From an uncultured Lachnospiraceae bacterium (GTDB lineage Bacteria; Bacillota; Clostridia; Lachnospirales; Lachnospiraceae), in contig ONQW01000001.1 in the NCBI GenBank assembly GCA_900320025.1, forward strand, positions 18,811 through 82,810: a DNA stretch of 64,000 nt. The letters are read 5' to 3'. The first letter of the stretch is position 1; the number at the start of each line of letters is the position of its first letter. The notes beneath the pieces were generated by a model. The model made no database searches. It saw only the letters and a program-made list of their open reading frames with translations, and was not told the DNA's origin. Positions 27,327-37,431 of the stretch are shown here, piece by piece. The position numbers and the translations under genes are program-made.

Positions 27327-28430
27327 TCAGATACGCTCCGCGATCACACTGCCCATCTCTGAACAGTGGACGAGATGCAGTGCGGCTGCCTCCTCCGGAT
27401 CTTTCGGAAGCAGATCTGCTGTGCGGTATCCGTCAGACAGCGCCGCCCGTACGGCGCGTTCCATCTCGTCAGCCTCCTGCTGCAGATCAAAGCTGTACCG
27501 CAGCATCATGGCTGCCGATAGAATGGTTGCGATCGGATTGGCCAGATCCCTGCCGGCGATATCCGGTGCCGAGCCATGACTGGGTTCGTACAGGCCGAAG
27601 CTTGTCTCATTCAGGGAAGCGGAGGACAGCATGCCGATGGAACCTGTGATCATGCTTGCCTCATCCGACAGTATGTCGCCGAACATGTTCCCAGTCAGGA
27701 TGACATCGAACTGCTCCGGTTCCCGCACCAGCTGCATCGCACAGTTGTCAACCAGCATGTTTTCCAGTGTTACATTCGGGTATTCCTTCGCGGTTTCCGC
27801 CACAACGCGGCGCCACAGCCTCGAAGTATCCAGTACATTCGCCTTGTCTACACTGGTCACCTTCCCGTGTCTGCGTTCCGCCGCTTCAAAGGCAGTCCGG
27901 GCAATGCGGCGAATTTCCGTATTGCGGTAGACGGCAGTATCCACGGCAGTCACGATACCGTCTTTTTCCTCTGTGTGACGGGCGCCGAAGTAAAGACCGC
28001 CGGTCAGTTCCCGCACAATCATGAGGTCAAAATTTCTCGCCTTCCCATTTTTATCGGCCAGCGGGCAGGAATCTGCCAGCTCCGGAAACAGGTAAGCCGG
28101 ACGCAGATTGGCGAAGAGGCCGAGTTCCTTTCGAATCCGGAGAAGACCAGCTTCCGGCCGTTTTTCCGGTGGAAGGCGGTACCACGGAGAAGTGTTGGCA
28201 TCTCCGCCGATGGAACCCATCAGGACAGCGCTGCAGTTCTTTGCGGTTCTGACTGCTTCATCCGTCAGCGGTACGCCGAAGCGGTCGATGGAACATCCGC
28301 CCATATAAACGTCATGGTAAGTGATGGAATGGCCATATTTTTCGAGAACACGTTCAAGAACTTTTTTTGCCTCTGCGACAATCTCCGGGCCAATCCCGTC
28401 TCCCGAAATCACTGCAATATTAAGCTTCAT
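27327..28430 (-). CDS. leuB: 3-isopropylmalate dehydrogenase
   Basis: [49 protein letters not shown]; start MKLNIAV at 28430. Confidence 0.96.
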   Translation of the reverse strand: MKLNIAVISGDGIGPEIVAEAKKVLERVLEKYGHSITYHDVYMGGCSIDRFGVPLTDEAVRTAKNCSAVLMGSIGGDANTSPWYRLPPEKRPEAGLLRIRKELGLFANLRPAYLFPELADSCPLADKNGKARNFDLMIVRELTGGLYFGARHTEEKDGIVTAVDTAVYRNTEIRRIARTAFEAAERRHGKVTSVDKANVLDTSRLWRRVVAETAKEYPNVTLENMLVDNCAMQLVREPEQFDVILTGNMFGDILSDEASMITGSIGMLSSASLNETSFGLYEPSHGSAPDIAGRDLANPIATILSAAMMLRYSFDLQQEADEMERAVRAALSDGYRTADLLPKDPEEAAALHLVHCSEMGSVIAERI

Positions 28431-28470
28431 AATCATACTCCGTTCCGCCCGGCTGCATCCATCTGATTGC

Positions 28471-28495
28471 AAAAGAGGAGGCTTATTCAGCCTCC
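28471..28495 (-). terminator. Intrinsic terminator-like hairpin between yajC and leuB
   Basis: Minus strand GGAGGCT-gaata-AGCCTCC followed by TCTTTT. Confidence 0.65.
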
Positions 28496-28584
28496 CCCGG
28501 GTATCAGTTGCTTTCCTGTCAAAATAATTTCTGCGAAGGCGCCCCGTTCATCCGGATAAGCTCCGATGCTGCGCCGCGCCGGAA

Positions 28585-28992
28585 TCATTTCCTGAAAAGG
28601 CCCTTCTTTTCTTTCTTATCCGTCTTGCCGGCATCCGCCGCAGAGGCTTTTGCGCCGTCATCCGCTGCCACGGACTGCTCCGGCTTTTCGATCTGGACGA
28701 TCGCCGCCTTCTGCATCGGGATACGGCAGTTCTTGTTATTGCCGAATTCCACAATGACCGTGTCATCCGTCACATCAATCACCACACCGTAGAATCCGGA
28801 TGAGGTGAGAACGCTGTCGCCGATCTCCAGGGTAGACAAAAGTGCTTCCTTCTCTTTCTGCTCCTTCTTGCCGGGGCGAATCAGAAAGAAATAAAAGAAT
28901 GCGAAGATGAGCACCAGATAAACGATGGTAACAGCTCCCATGCTTCCGGAGGAACTGCCGGAGCCGGATAAGAGAAGCCCTTGCATATTCAT
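28585..28992 (-). CDS. yajC: Preprotein translocase subunit YajC
   Basis: Single TM, FLIRPGKKEQK, LEIGDSVLTSSGFYGVV; directly downstream of tgt. Confidence 0.93.
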   Translation of the reverse strand: MNMQGLLLSGSGSSSGSMGAVTIVYLVLIFAFFYFFLIRPGKKEQKEKEALLSTLEIGDSVLTSSGFYGVVIDVTDDTVIVEFGNNKNCRIPMQKAAIVQIEKPEQSVAADDGAKASAADAGKTDKKEKKGLFRK

Positions 28993-29168
28993 AGAGACAA
29001 CCTTCCTTTCAGTGGTAAATCAGTGCTCCTATCATACAACATGTGGTATTTGCCTGACAAGACATTTCTGTTCAGCACTTTCCTCTGATGCCGTGCTAAA
29101 ATCCCAAAATCCGTTCAACTGTTCCGGGCCTGTTCCGGGCCACATGCGCGGTAGAAACCCTTTCAAAA

Positions 29169-30311
29169 TCAATCGACGCCCTCAGCCAGCTCCGCAAGCT
29201 TGCGGGTGCGGTAAGCGGCAAATTCTCCCCGGTCCAGGGCATCGCGGATCTCCTGCATCAGGTGATTGTAGAACCACAGATTATGCATCACCGCAAATCG
29301 AAGGCCGAGCGCCTCATCCGCCTTCATCAGATGCCTCAGATACGCGCGGCTGTACCCCGCCCGGCAGACCGGACAGCCGCAGTGTTCGTCGATGGGACGG
29401 GGGTCTGTTTTGTATCGCTCATTCCGGATATGCAGTGTGCCATGGTCCGTGTACAGATTGCCATGGCGGCCGTTGCGGCTCGGATACACGCAGTCGAAGA
29501 AATCAATGCCGCGGTATACTCCCTCTATGATATTCTGCGGAGTTCCCACTCCCATGAGATAGGTGGGCTTATCCTTCGGAAGATATGGTGTGGTCTCCTC
29601 GATGACAGAATACATCTCCTCTGCCGTTTCCCCGACAGCCAGTCCGCCCAGTGCGTATCCGTCCAAATTCATGTCGGCAATTTCCTTTGCCTGCGCGATG
29701 CGGATATCGTGGAATACAGCGCCCTGATTGATCCCGAAAAGGAGCTGATCCCGGTTGACCGTGTCCTCCAGCGTGTTGAGGCGGTCCATTTCCTTCTTGC
29801 AGCGGATAAGCCAGCGGGTCGTCCTTGCCACAGACTGTTCGACATAGGAGCGCTCGGCGCGGGAGGACGGACACTCGTCAAACGCCATGGCGATGGTGGA
29901 ACCGAGATGGGACTGAATCTGCATACTCTCCTCCGGTCCGATAAACAGTCTGGCGCCGTCAATATGCGAGTGAAAAGAGACGCCCTCCTCCCGAATCTTC
30001 CGGAGATCTGCGAGAGAAAATACCTGAAACCCGCCGGAATCCGTCAGGATCGGACGATCCCAGCCGGTAAACCGGTGGAGTCCGCCCATGGTCCGGACCA
30101 CATCATCCCCCGGCCGAACGTGGAGATGATATGTGTTGCACAGCATGACCTGTGTATGGATGGTGCGAAGATCCTCCGCGGAGAGGCCACCCTTGATGGC
30201 GCCGCAGGTTGCGACATTCATGAACACCGGCGTCTCAATCACGCCATGAACCGTGGTAAATCTCGCTCTTTTTGCCTGTCCCTCTGTTTTTAATAACTTA
30301 TACTCTGCCAT
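29169..30311 (-). CDS. tgt: tRNA-guanine transglycosylase
   Basis: TPVFMNVAT, NTYHLHVRPG, LTDSGGFQVFSL, MAFDEC, YLMGVG, DCVYPSRNGRHG, CGCPVC zinc motif. Confidence 0.97.
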   Translation of the reverse strand: MAEYKLLKTEGQAKRARFTTVHGVIETPVFMNVATCGAIKGGLSAEDLRTIHTQVMLCNTYHLHVRPGDDVVRTMGGLHRFTGWDRPILTDSGGFQVFSLADLRKIREEGVSFHSHIDGARLFIGPEESMQIQSHLGSTIAMAFDECPSSRAERSYVEQSVARTTRWLIRCKKEMDRLNTLEDTVNRDQLLFGINQGAVFHDIRIAQAKEIADMNLDGYALGGLAVGETAEEMYSVIEETTPYLPKDKPTYLMGVGTPQNIIEGVYRGIDFFDCVYPSRNGRHGNLYTDHGTLHIRNERYKTDPRPIDEHCGCPVCRAGYSRAYLRHLMKADEALGLRFAVMHNLWFYNHLMQEIRDALDRGEFAAYRTRKLAELAEGVD

Positions 30312-31416
30312 AGAATCTCCGAATTGCTTCTGTTTTAGATGACATGTTCATCATCATGGAATCCAATAGGACAAGCGCCGCCATGGTTTCGGCGACAACG
30401 ACTGCCCGTGGCACGATAACCGGATCATGCCGGCCGGTGATGACCAGCTCGCGCGGATGACCTTCCGTGTCAACCGTCTGCTGTGGCCTCGCGATAGAGG
30501 GAGTCGGCTTGACGCTGAGCCGGATCAGAATATCATTGCCATCCGATATACCGCCCAGAATTCCTCCTGCATGATTCGATGCCGTGTGGATCCCATTCCC
30601 GCAGTCCGGAAGAAATGCATCGTTGTTGGCGGATCCCCTTGCGACGGAAACAGCCGCGCCATCTCCCACAGCGACGTCTTTGACAGCGCCGATGCTCATC
30701 ATGGCCGCGGCAAGCCTTGCGTCAAGCTTATTCATGACCGGATCTCCGATCCCCGCCGGAACGCCGTGAATACGCAGCGTGATCTCCCCCCCGGAGGAAT
30801 CCTTTTCCGCCATACAGCCGGAGAGATAGCGGAGCGCTTCTTCATTGCTCTCTGCCTGCGGCATCGCAGTCGGCGTGCTCAGGATAAGACTGCGGTCAAA
30901 ATCCGGGTCTTCCGGCTTTGCATGGACCCTCACCGGCCCGATGGCCGAAACATAGCACAAAAAATCAATGCCGAGTGATTTCAGAAATTTTTCCGCGACA
31001 GCGCCTGCCGCGACCCGCGCCGCAGTCTCCCGCCCGGAGGATCGCCCGCCGCCGCGATAGTCGCGGATACCGTATTTGACCGCATACCCATAATCCGCGT
31101 GGCCCGGGCGGAAGCAGTCCTGCAGATTCCGGTAATCTCCGGAATGCTGATCCTGATTCCGGATGAGCATTGCAATCGGCGATCCCTCCGTCTGTCCTTC
31201 AAACACACCGGACAGAATTTCCACGGTATCCGACTCCGCCCGCTTCGTGGCAATTGGCGATTTTCCAGGTTTCCTCCGGTCAAGATACTCCTGAATATCC
31301 GCCTCGCTGAGCGGCATTCCGGCAGGGAAGCCATCCAGGACGGCTCCGATGGCCGCCCCATGTGACTCTCCAAAGGTTGTCACTCTGAGTATTGTTCCAA
31401 AACTGGATCCTGCCAT
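30298..31416 (-). CDS. aroC: Chorismate synthase
   Basis: TTFGESHG, RPGHADY, GGGRSSGRETAARVAAG, GGILGGIS, KPTPSI, GRHDP. Confidence 0.97.
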   Translation of the reverse strand: MAGSSFGTILRVTTFGESHGAAIGAVLDGFPAGMPLSEADIQEYLDRRKPGKSPIATKRAESDTVEILSGVFEGQTEGSPIAMLIRNQDQHSGDYRNLQDCFRPGHADYGYAVKYGIRDYRGGGRSSGRETAARVAAGAVAEKFLKSLGIDFLCYVSAIGPVRVHAKPEDPDFDRSLILSTPTAMPQAESNEEALRYLSGCMAEKDSSGGEITLRIHGVPAGIGDPVMNKLDARLAAAMMSIGAVKDVAVGDGAAVSVARGSANNDAFLPDCGNGIHTASNHAGGILGGISDGNDILIRLSVKPTPSIARPQQTVDTEGHPRELVITGRHDPVIVPRAVVVAETMAALVLLDSMMMNMSSKTEAIRRFYGRV

Positions 31417-31428
31417 GTCCCCTCCTGC

Positions 31429-32502
31429 TCAGAGCTGATCTTCCGTCAGCTTGTGGAAAATGACGCAGTTCGGCTGATCCACCTGCATCTCTTTGCCGTT
31501 GAGGACAATCAGCCCTCTCTTCAGATCAACCGTAAAGAACGTCATGGTGTTGGACTCATGATTCAGGGAAACAAGATGACGGTTGTCCGGGAACAGCGCC
31601 GCATCCTTCGGATATTCCCCGCTGATCGGAAGACAAAGAATCTTGGTGAGCAGTCCGGTTTTGGAATCGATGTGGTAAAGGATGACACTGTTGTCCCCGG
31701 CATTGGAGCTGACCAGATAGTGTCCGTCCTGAGACAGATTCAGCGCACTTGCGGCAGAGCTGCTCGCATGATAATCGTTCAGCGTGGAAATGGTCTGAAT
31801 TTTCTCAAATTCCGGTTCCCCGTTCACATCACGGTATGTGTAGACATCAATGTAATTTTTCAGCTCATGCACGACATACATAAATTTGCCGTCCAGGCTG
31901 AATTTGACATGGCGCGGCGCCGATTCAATGTCGGAATGAACGATATCGACCTGCCGGATTTTGCCGTTCTTTGCATCAAAGCTGTAAACATTGATGTGAT
32001 CCATGCCCAGGTCCGCTGCGCACAGATACCGGTTGTCGCGGGTCATCTTGACGCATTGCACGTGAGGACGAAAATTCCGCTCCGCGATACTACCGAGCCC
32101 CTTGTGCCAGACCTCATCCGTGATCTCGCCGATACTGCCGTCCTCTCTGAGACGCAGCACCGTCACCTTTCCATCGTGATAGCCCGCGACGAAGAGCCAG
32201 CGATCCGTATAATCCGTTGACAGATAGGACCCCCGCATTCCATTGATGGAGGCATGGTTGATCATTTCCAGATCTCCGCCGTGGATGATCCGGTAGGATT
32301 CGACGCCAAAATCCGTAATGGAGTACAGGTACTTCTGATTATGAGAGATGGTCACGTAGGAAGAGTTGGTGATCTCAACCTGGTCCTTCTCTGAAAACCT
32401 GCCGTTCTTCATATCAACGTCATAAATGCGGATGCCGAAATTATCCTTTCCCGCTGTCGTGTACGTCGAAACATAGGCAACATAGCGATCTTCTCTGCTC
32501 AT
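31429..32502 (-). CDS. Lactonase family beta-propeller (6-phosphogluconolactonase-like)
   Basis: YVSTYT, VAGYHDG, PHVQC, DLGMD, PRH, YVVHELKN, YPKD. Confidence 0.85.
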   Translation of the reverse strand: MSREDRYVAYVSTYTTAGKDNFGIRIYDVDMKNGRFSEKDQVEITNSSYVTISHNQKYLYSITDFGVESYRIIHGGDLEMINHASINGMRGSYLSTDYTDRWLFVAGYHDGKVTVLRLREDGSIGEITDEVWHKGLGSIAERNFRPHVQCVKMTRDNRYLCAADLGMDHINVYSFDAKNGKIRQVDIVHSDIESAPRHVKFSLDGKFMYVVHELKNYIDVYTYRDVNGEPEFEKIQTISTLNDYHASSSAASALNLSQDGHYLVSSNAGDNSVILYHIDSKTGLLTKILCLPISGEYPKDAALFPDNRHLVSLNHESNTMTFFTVDLKRGLIVLNGKEMQVDQPNCVIFHKLTEDQL

Positions 32503-32584
32503 TTTTTCCTCCTGATTCTGCCTGATCCGATGATCCCATGGGATATGGCTTCCGGCTCGTCGCCTTCACAATAAGACTGCGGTC

Positions 32585-33277
32585 TCATGGCTGATGGATG
32601 ATCTCTGCGGCACCAGATCCCGCCGCCTGCCTTTTCTGCAGGTCTGTCCGGATGATCCGCCTTTCCGTGCAGATCACCCGGAGGCGGACATCGTGCAAAT
32701 CCATGGGAACCTCCTGTACGAGCTGACATTCATACGCGATCGCCGCTGCGGGAATATCAGGATGCGCAGCGAGAAAACGATCGTAATAGCCGCCGCCCCA
32801 GCCGATTCTGCCGCCATGAAGGTCAAAGGCAATGCCCGGGACAAGGATCAGCGCGGCCCCGGAGCCGTCATCCTGATAGGGAACTGCTGTATCCGGGTCT
32901 GGTTCCCGGATACCGAATCGGCTGACCCGAAGCTCCTCCGGTTGTGCCACCCGGAAGAATTTCATGACACCAGCCTCCTTCCGCTGAACTCCGTCCCCGT
33001 CGGTTATCACACGACGCGGAAAGGAAACCGGACAGTAAACCTTTTTCTGCTCCCGCAGGGCAGCACGGAATATTTCCCCTGTCCCGGCTTCACTGCCCAT
33101 ACTCATATAGAGAAGGATACTGTCCGCGCTCTTCCAGGACGGCAGCAAGGAAAGATGCTGAAGAATTGCCTCATCAAAGGCAGCTCTGCCGACAGCAGGA
33201 AGTGCATCCCTCCGCGCCCGGATCCGGATACGGAGATCCTGTCTGGGATCCGCTGGTTTGCATTCAAATGGTATCAT
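32585..33277 (-). CDS. 5-formyltetrahydrofolate cyclo-ligase
   Basis: LLYMSMGSEAGT, FGIREP, LVPGIAFDLHGGRIGWGGGYYDRFL, HDVRL. Confidence 0.92.
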   Translation of the reverse strand: MIPFECKPADPRQDLRIRIRARRDALPAVGRAAFDEAILQHLSLLPSWKSADSILLYMSMGSEAGTGEIFRAALREQKKVYCPVSFPRRVITDGDGVQRKEAGVMKFFRVAQPEELRVSRFGIREPDPDTAVPYQDDGSGAALILVPGIAFDLHGGRIGWGGGYYDRFLAAHPDIPAAAIAYECQLVQEVPMDLHDVRLRVICTERRIIRTDLQKRQAAGSGAAEIIHQP

Positions 33278-34164
33278 CCGCTGTAGTCCATCTCCTCAAT
33301 ATACTCCTCCAGGTCAAAGCGGTCATTTGGCTCTGCCCGGAACAGCGTTCCGACATTCTCCCCTGCAATCAGTCTGCGGATGCCTCCGATTTCCGCGGCA
33401 TTCAGAATAGCCATATCGCATCCGCTGGCAGTGGCAATGCGGGCGGCGGACAGCTTTGTGCTCATTCCTCCCGTGCCGCAGCTGCTCCCGGTTGATCCCT
33501 TCCCCATCTTCAGAATGGCTTCGTTCATGTGCGGAACATAATCGATAAATTTTGCCGCACTTGACGTTCTGGGGTCATCCGTATAGAGTCCGTCAATATC
33601 CGACAGCAGGATCAGCAAATCCGCATGAACCAGGGAGGCAACCATCGCGGAAAGGTTGTCATTATCTCCGACACTGTACTCATAGGTCGCAACCGAGTCG
33701 TTTTCGTTCACGATCGGAATCACGCCGAATTTCAGCAGCTCCTGAAAGGTATTGCGGATATTATACCGGCTCAGGTGATTGAGCACTGTATTTTTGGTCA
33801 TCAGGACCTGGCTGACGATTTCATTGTAATCGTCAAAGCACTTCTGGTAAATCATCATCAGTCTCGCCTGACCGACGGACGCCAGTGCCTGCTTTACCGT
33901 GATCGGACTGTCATGCTCCGGCATTTCCGCGGCATGCTGGATGACCTCCCTTCCAACCGCCGTCGCGCCGGAACTGACCAGAATAACATCGCGCCCCTCG
34001 TTCTTCAGATTGCTGAGGACACGCGCCAGTCTGTCGATCATCTCAAAATTCATTCTTCCGGTGTTCTTATGCAAAAGGGAGGAAGAGCCTATTTTCACCA
34101 CAATCCGTTTCCGGCAGGACAGCGTGCTGCGATACCATAAATTTTCCTCTGACTGCTCATTCAT
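33274..34164 (-). CDS. proB: Glutamate 5-kinase (no PUA domain)
   Basis: IVVKIGSSSL, LVSSGA, ASVGQARL, PIVNENDSV, GDNDNLSA, LSDIDGLY, GTGGMSTKL; likely start MNEQ at 34164. Confidence 0.95.
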   Translation of the reverse strand: MNEQSEENLWYRSTLSCRKRIVVKIGSSSLLHKNTGRMNFEMIDRLARVLSNLKNEGRDVILVSSGATAVGREVIQHAAEMPEHDSPITVKQALASVGQARLMMIYQKCFDDYNEIVSQVLMTKNTVLNHLSRYNIRNTFQELLKFGVIPIVNENDSVATYEYSVGDNDNLSAMVASLVHADLLILLSDIDGLYTDDPRTSSAAKFIDYVPHMNEAILKMGKGSTGSSCGTGGMSTKLSAARIATASGCDMAILNAAEIGGIRRLIAGENVGTLFRAEPNDRFDLEEYIEEMDYSG

Positions 34165-34275
34165 ATGACAATACCCCGTACCGCATTCTTTGCGGCACTC
34201 GCGGGCGAAATGCCCGGATGGGCTTCCTTCCTGATGGGAACATGGATGCCGCATTTTTGCCGCAGTGTTCAACTT

Positions 34276-35949
34276 TCAAATTTTATTTTCCGCATGGAAA
34301 GGTAGAAAGTCATTTCCGACAGCCTCTGCGGTCTTAATCCCGTCCATGGCAGCCGACATGATGCCGCCGGCATATCCGGCACCTTCCCCGCAGGGATATA
34401 ATCCGCGCACGCCGATCGACTGAAAATGTCCGTCGCGCGGGATGCGGATCGGGGATGAAGTTCTGCTCTCCAGTCCCGCCAGATAGCAGTCCGGCCCGGC
34501 AAAGCCTCTGATTTTGCGGTCAAAGGCGTGCATCCCCTCCACAAAATCCGTACAGAAACTCTCCGGAAGAAGCGTGTGCAGCTCGCCCGGCGCATAAGCA
34601 CCCCTGATGCAGAGGGAATCCGGCAGAGGGGCCTGCTTTTCCCTGGGTGTTCTCTGTTCAAAATCCAGGAACCGCTCCACCGGAACATAGCCTCCCGCCA
34701 GCTGATAACAGTGCTCCTCCAGTTTTCTCTGAAAGGCAACTCCGTCCAGCGGTTTCGTACCGCCGAAGTCCTTCGGAGAAACCGTGACGACTATGGCGCT
34801 GTTTGCCTGAAGGCTTCCGCGGTCATAAAAGCTCATGCCATTGACTGCAAGTCGGCCCGGCTCGGATGAAGCGTTGACCACATATCCTCCGGGGCACATA
34901 CAGAAGGAATAGACGCCGCGCCCGGAATGAACCTTCTCTGTCAGCTTGTAGGAGGATGGCGGGAGTCTGAGCCGCTTCATCTCCCGGGGGTCATCCACAC
35001 CATACTGATTCCGGTTGATCATGGCCTGCGGATGAAGGACGCGGTACCCAATGGCAAAGTCCTTTGCCTCCAGCGGTATACCTTCCCGGTCCAGCTCTTC
35101 AAAGAGATCTCTTGCGCTGTGACCGGGCGCCAGAATGGCACAATGTGCCGACAGAACCGTTTCAGACTCTGCCCTGGAATCAGTTGGTTCGCTACTCCTC
35201 ACAATCCGGATCCCGGTGAGAACTCCCCTCTCGATGACAAAACCAGTTACCCGGGTTTCAAACTGCACCTCGCCGCCCAGACGGATGATTTCCCTGCGGA
35301 GGTTTACGATGACTTCTCTCAGTCTGTCTGTCCCGATATGGGGTTTCCCCTCATACCGGATTTCCTCCGGCGCGCCGCAGACGGTGAAAATCCGCAGCAC
35401 CTCAGCATTTCTGCCCTGCCTGTCCTTCACCATCGTATTGAGCTTGCCGTCGGAAAATGTCCCGGCACCGCCTTCTCCAAACTGAATGTTGGAGGAAGGA
35501 TTGAGCGCCCCGCCCCTCCAGAATGCTTCTACGTCGGCTGTGCGCTGCTCTATGGCCCTGCCCCGCTCGAGAAGCAGGGGTGAGTATCCGTGCAGAGCCA
35601 GCATGTAGGCGGCGAACAGTCCGGCCGGCCCGGCTCCGATCACAACAGGGCGCTCTGTCATCGGAGCTGCGCCTGGCTGCGGGCCGGGAAATGTGTAGAC
35701 GTCCGGCGCATAGGAACTGACATGGGGAATCCGTCGGCGCAGTACCGACGCCTCCTCCTGATCTGTCAGTTCCACCGCAACGGTGTATACATCCATCAAA
35801 TCCGGTTTGCGGCGGCAGTCGATGGAATGCCGCAGTATCTGAACACCCGGAATACGCCCGCGTTTTAGGTGCAGCTGCCGCGCTGCTTTTTCCGCGATAT
35901 GGGATTGCGGCTCCCCGCATGGGATCCGCAGCTCTGACAATGTGATCAT
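34276..35949 (-). CDS. Uncharacterised NAD(P)/FAD-dependent oxidoreductase (~550 aa conserved family)
   Basis: VIGAGPAGLFAA, SNIQFGEGGAGTFSDGKL, FCMCPGGYVV, ESRTSSPIRI, GEGAGYAGGIMSAA. Confidence 0.88.
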   Translation of the reverse strand: MITLSELRIPCGEPQSHIAEKAARQLHLKRGRIPGVQILRHSIDCRRKPDLMDVYTVAVELTDQEEASVLRRRIPHVSSYAPDVYTFPGPQPGAAPMTERPVVIGAGPAGLFAAYMLALHGYSPLLLERGRAIEQRTADVEAFWRGGALNPSSNIQFGEGGAGTFSDGKLNTMVKDRQGRNAEVLRIFTVCGAPEEIRYEGKPHIGTDRLREVIVNLRREIIRLGGEVQFETRVTGFVIERGVLTGIRIVRSSEPTDSRAESETVLSAHCAILAPGHSARDLFEELDREGIPLEAKDFAIGYRVLHPQAMINRNQYGVDDPREMKRLRLPPSSYKLTEKVHSGRGVYSFCMCPGGYVVNASSEPGRLAVNGMSFYDRGSLQANSAIVVTVSPKDFGGTKPLDGVAFQRKLEEHCYQLAGGYVPVERFLDFEQRTPREKQAPLPDSLCIRGAYAPGELHTLLPESFCTDFVEGMHAFDRKIRGFAGPDCYLAGLESRTSSPIRIPRDGHFQSIGVRGLYPCGEGAGYAGGIMSAAMDGIKTAEAVGNDFLPFHAENKI

Positions 35950-36073
35950 ATCAATCCTTCGATTCTGTTAAACTTCGATTCGGGGAACAATTCAGCTCAC
36001 CGTCCCGGCTTGGGCCTGCAAATCCCGGAACTGGGCAGTTTGAGCCGCCTTGCTTCGTGATTATCCCGGAAAA

Positions 36074-37390
36074 TCAACGATTTTGCACTGATTCCGGAAT
36101 GCCGGCCGCTGCAGCCGCCCGGCCGGCAGACCAGCCGCTGCTCATGGCAAAGGTCAGATTATATCCTCCGCAGATGCCTTCGATATCCAGGATCTCTCCG
36201 GCAAAATACAGACCAGGACACAGCAGGGAAGCAAATGAGGCGCCGATTTCAGAAAGGCGGATTCCACCTGACGTGACCTGTGCGTCCCGATATGTTCCGG
36301 TACCCGTGACTTCAATTTCAAAATGCCGGAGCAGTGACAGCAGCATTGCCAGTTGTTCCCGCGTCAGCTTTCTGATTTTGTTTTCCGCGGTCAGACCAGC
36401 CCGGGCAGCAATCATCGCGGCAAGCCTGGGAACGGCAAGTCCGTTCATCCATTCTGCAATTGAAATGTTTCTTGTATCCTGCATTCTCCGGTTCCATTCC
36501 TGTTCCCAGGTCCCGCCGATCAACTCTGCTGCCTTTCTGCCGGGGGAAAACGTCCCGCTGTCCCGGTCAAATTCCGGAAGCAGATCCAGAATCAGTCTGA
36601 CAGATTCTCCCTGTGCAAGTGCTCTTCCCGCATCGGAGCTCAGCTGAAATACCGGGATTCCGGAGATGGAATCCTTTCCGAACTGCACCTCTCCAAATTC
36701 TCCTGACTCCGTACCTCCTGCGGTTTCTTCACTTCTGCCGATGACCATCCTGACCGTCGACAGACAGCGTACGCCGGCGGCAAAATGCAGAACAGGATCT
36801 TTCGTTTTCAATGCAGTAAGGGAGGGACGGACTGCGGTGCACTGATGGCCGAGAGATCGGGCGATCTGGTATCCGCTCCCGTCACAACCGAACTGCGGTC
36901 CTGCCATTCCGCCGGTTGCAAGAATCAGTGCGTCTGCCCGGTATTCCTCTCCCGTGCCTGTCCGGATGAGAAAACCGGACGGCACTTTTTGTACACCTGT
37001 GACCGCCTCCTGCAGATGAAGCTCTGTTCCAACCTCTGCAATCCACTGCCAAAGGCCCTCTGTGACTGTGGCAGCCAGATCTGTCCTTGGGTAAATATAC
37101 CCCTGCCGGGCGTGCAGGACAATGCCTCTGTCCTCCAGCAGCTGAAGCACTTCATCGCGGTGTATATCCCTGTATATTCTGGAAAGCTCCTCTGGCTCCT
37201 CTGAGTGATAGCACTGCTCTTCCATCCGGCAGTTAGCAATATTCCCTTTGCCGTTTCCAGTTGCACTGAGCTTTCTCCCGATCCGGTCATTCTGATCAAA
37301 CAGCAGAACCCGCGCGCCAAGGGAGGCCGCTCCGGCAGCAGCCACCAATCCGCTCGCCCCGGCTCCCGTTACCGCTACCGTTTTATTCAT
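36074..37390 (-). CDS. HI0933/YhiN-family flavoprotein
   Basis: GAGASG, GRKLSATGNGKGN, ILATGG, GSGY, AQVTSGGI, GLYFAGEILDIEGICGGYNL; start MNKTV at 37390. Confidence 0.9.
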   Translation of the reverse strand: MNKTVAVTGAGASGLVAAAGAASLGARVLLFDQNDRIGRKLSATGNGKGNIANCRMEEQCYHSEEPEELSRIYRDIHRDEVLQLLEDRGIVLHARQGYIYPRTDLAATVTEGLWQWIAEVGTELHLQEAVTGVQKVPSGFLIRTGTGEEYRADALILATGGMAGPQFGCDGSGYQIARSLGHQCTAVRPSLTALKTKDPVLHFAAGVRCLSTVRMVIGRSEETAGGTESGEFGEVQFGKDSISGIPVFQLSSDAGRALAQGESVRLILDLLPEFDRDSGTFSPGRKAAELIGGTWEQEWNRRMQDTRNISIAEWMNGLAVPRLAAMIAARAGLTAENKIRKLTREQLAMLLSLLRHFEIEVTGTGTYRDAQVTSGGIRLSEIGASFASLLCPGLYFAGEILDIEGICGGYNLTFAMSSGWSAGRAAAAAGIPESVQNR

Positions 37391-37431
37391 TGCCTGACTC
37401 CCCCGCTGACAACAGCCCTGTCCCATTCCGG

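Noticed and set aside
25613-27649. 678-aa plus-strand ORF, and similar long plus-strand ORFs such as 17208-18281, 19758-20840, 39420-40541, 42342-43361
   Set aside because: They lie opposite well-conserved genes and have no motifs; long antisense ORFs are expected with GC-rich codon usage.
28496-28515. T-box-like TGATACC upstream of leuB
   Set aside because: Lacks the UGGN needed to pair with tRNA NCCA, and there is no room for stem I.
32499-32729. 76-aa ORF bridging the cyclo-ligase and lactonase genes
   Set aside because: Mostly an off-frame overlap with the cyclo-ligase 3' end; no features.
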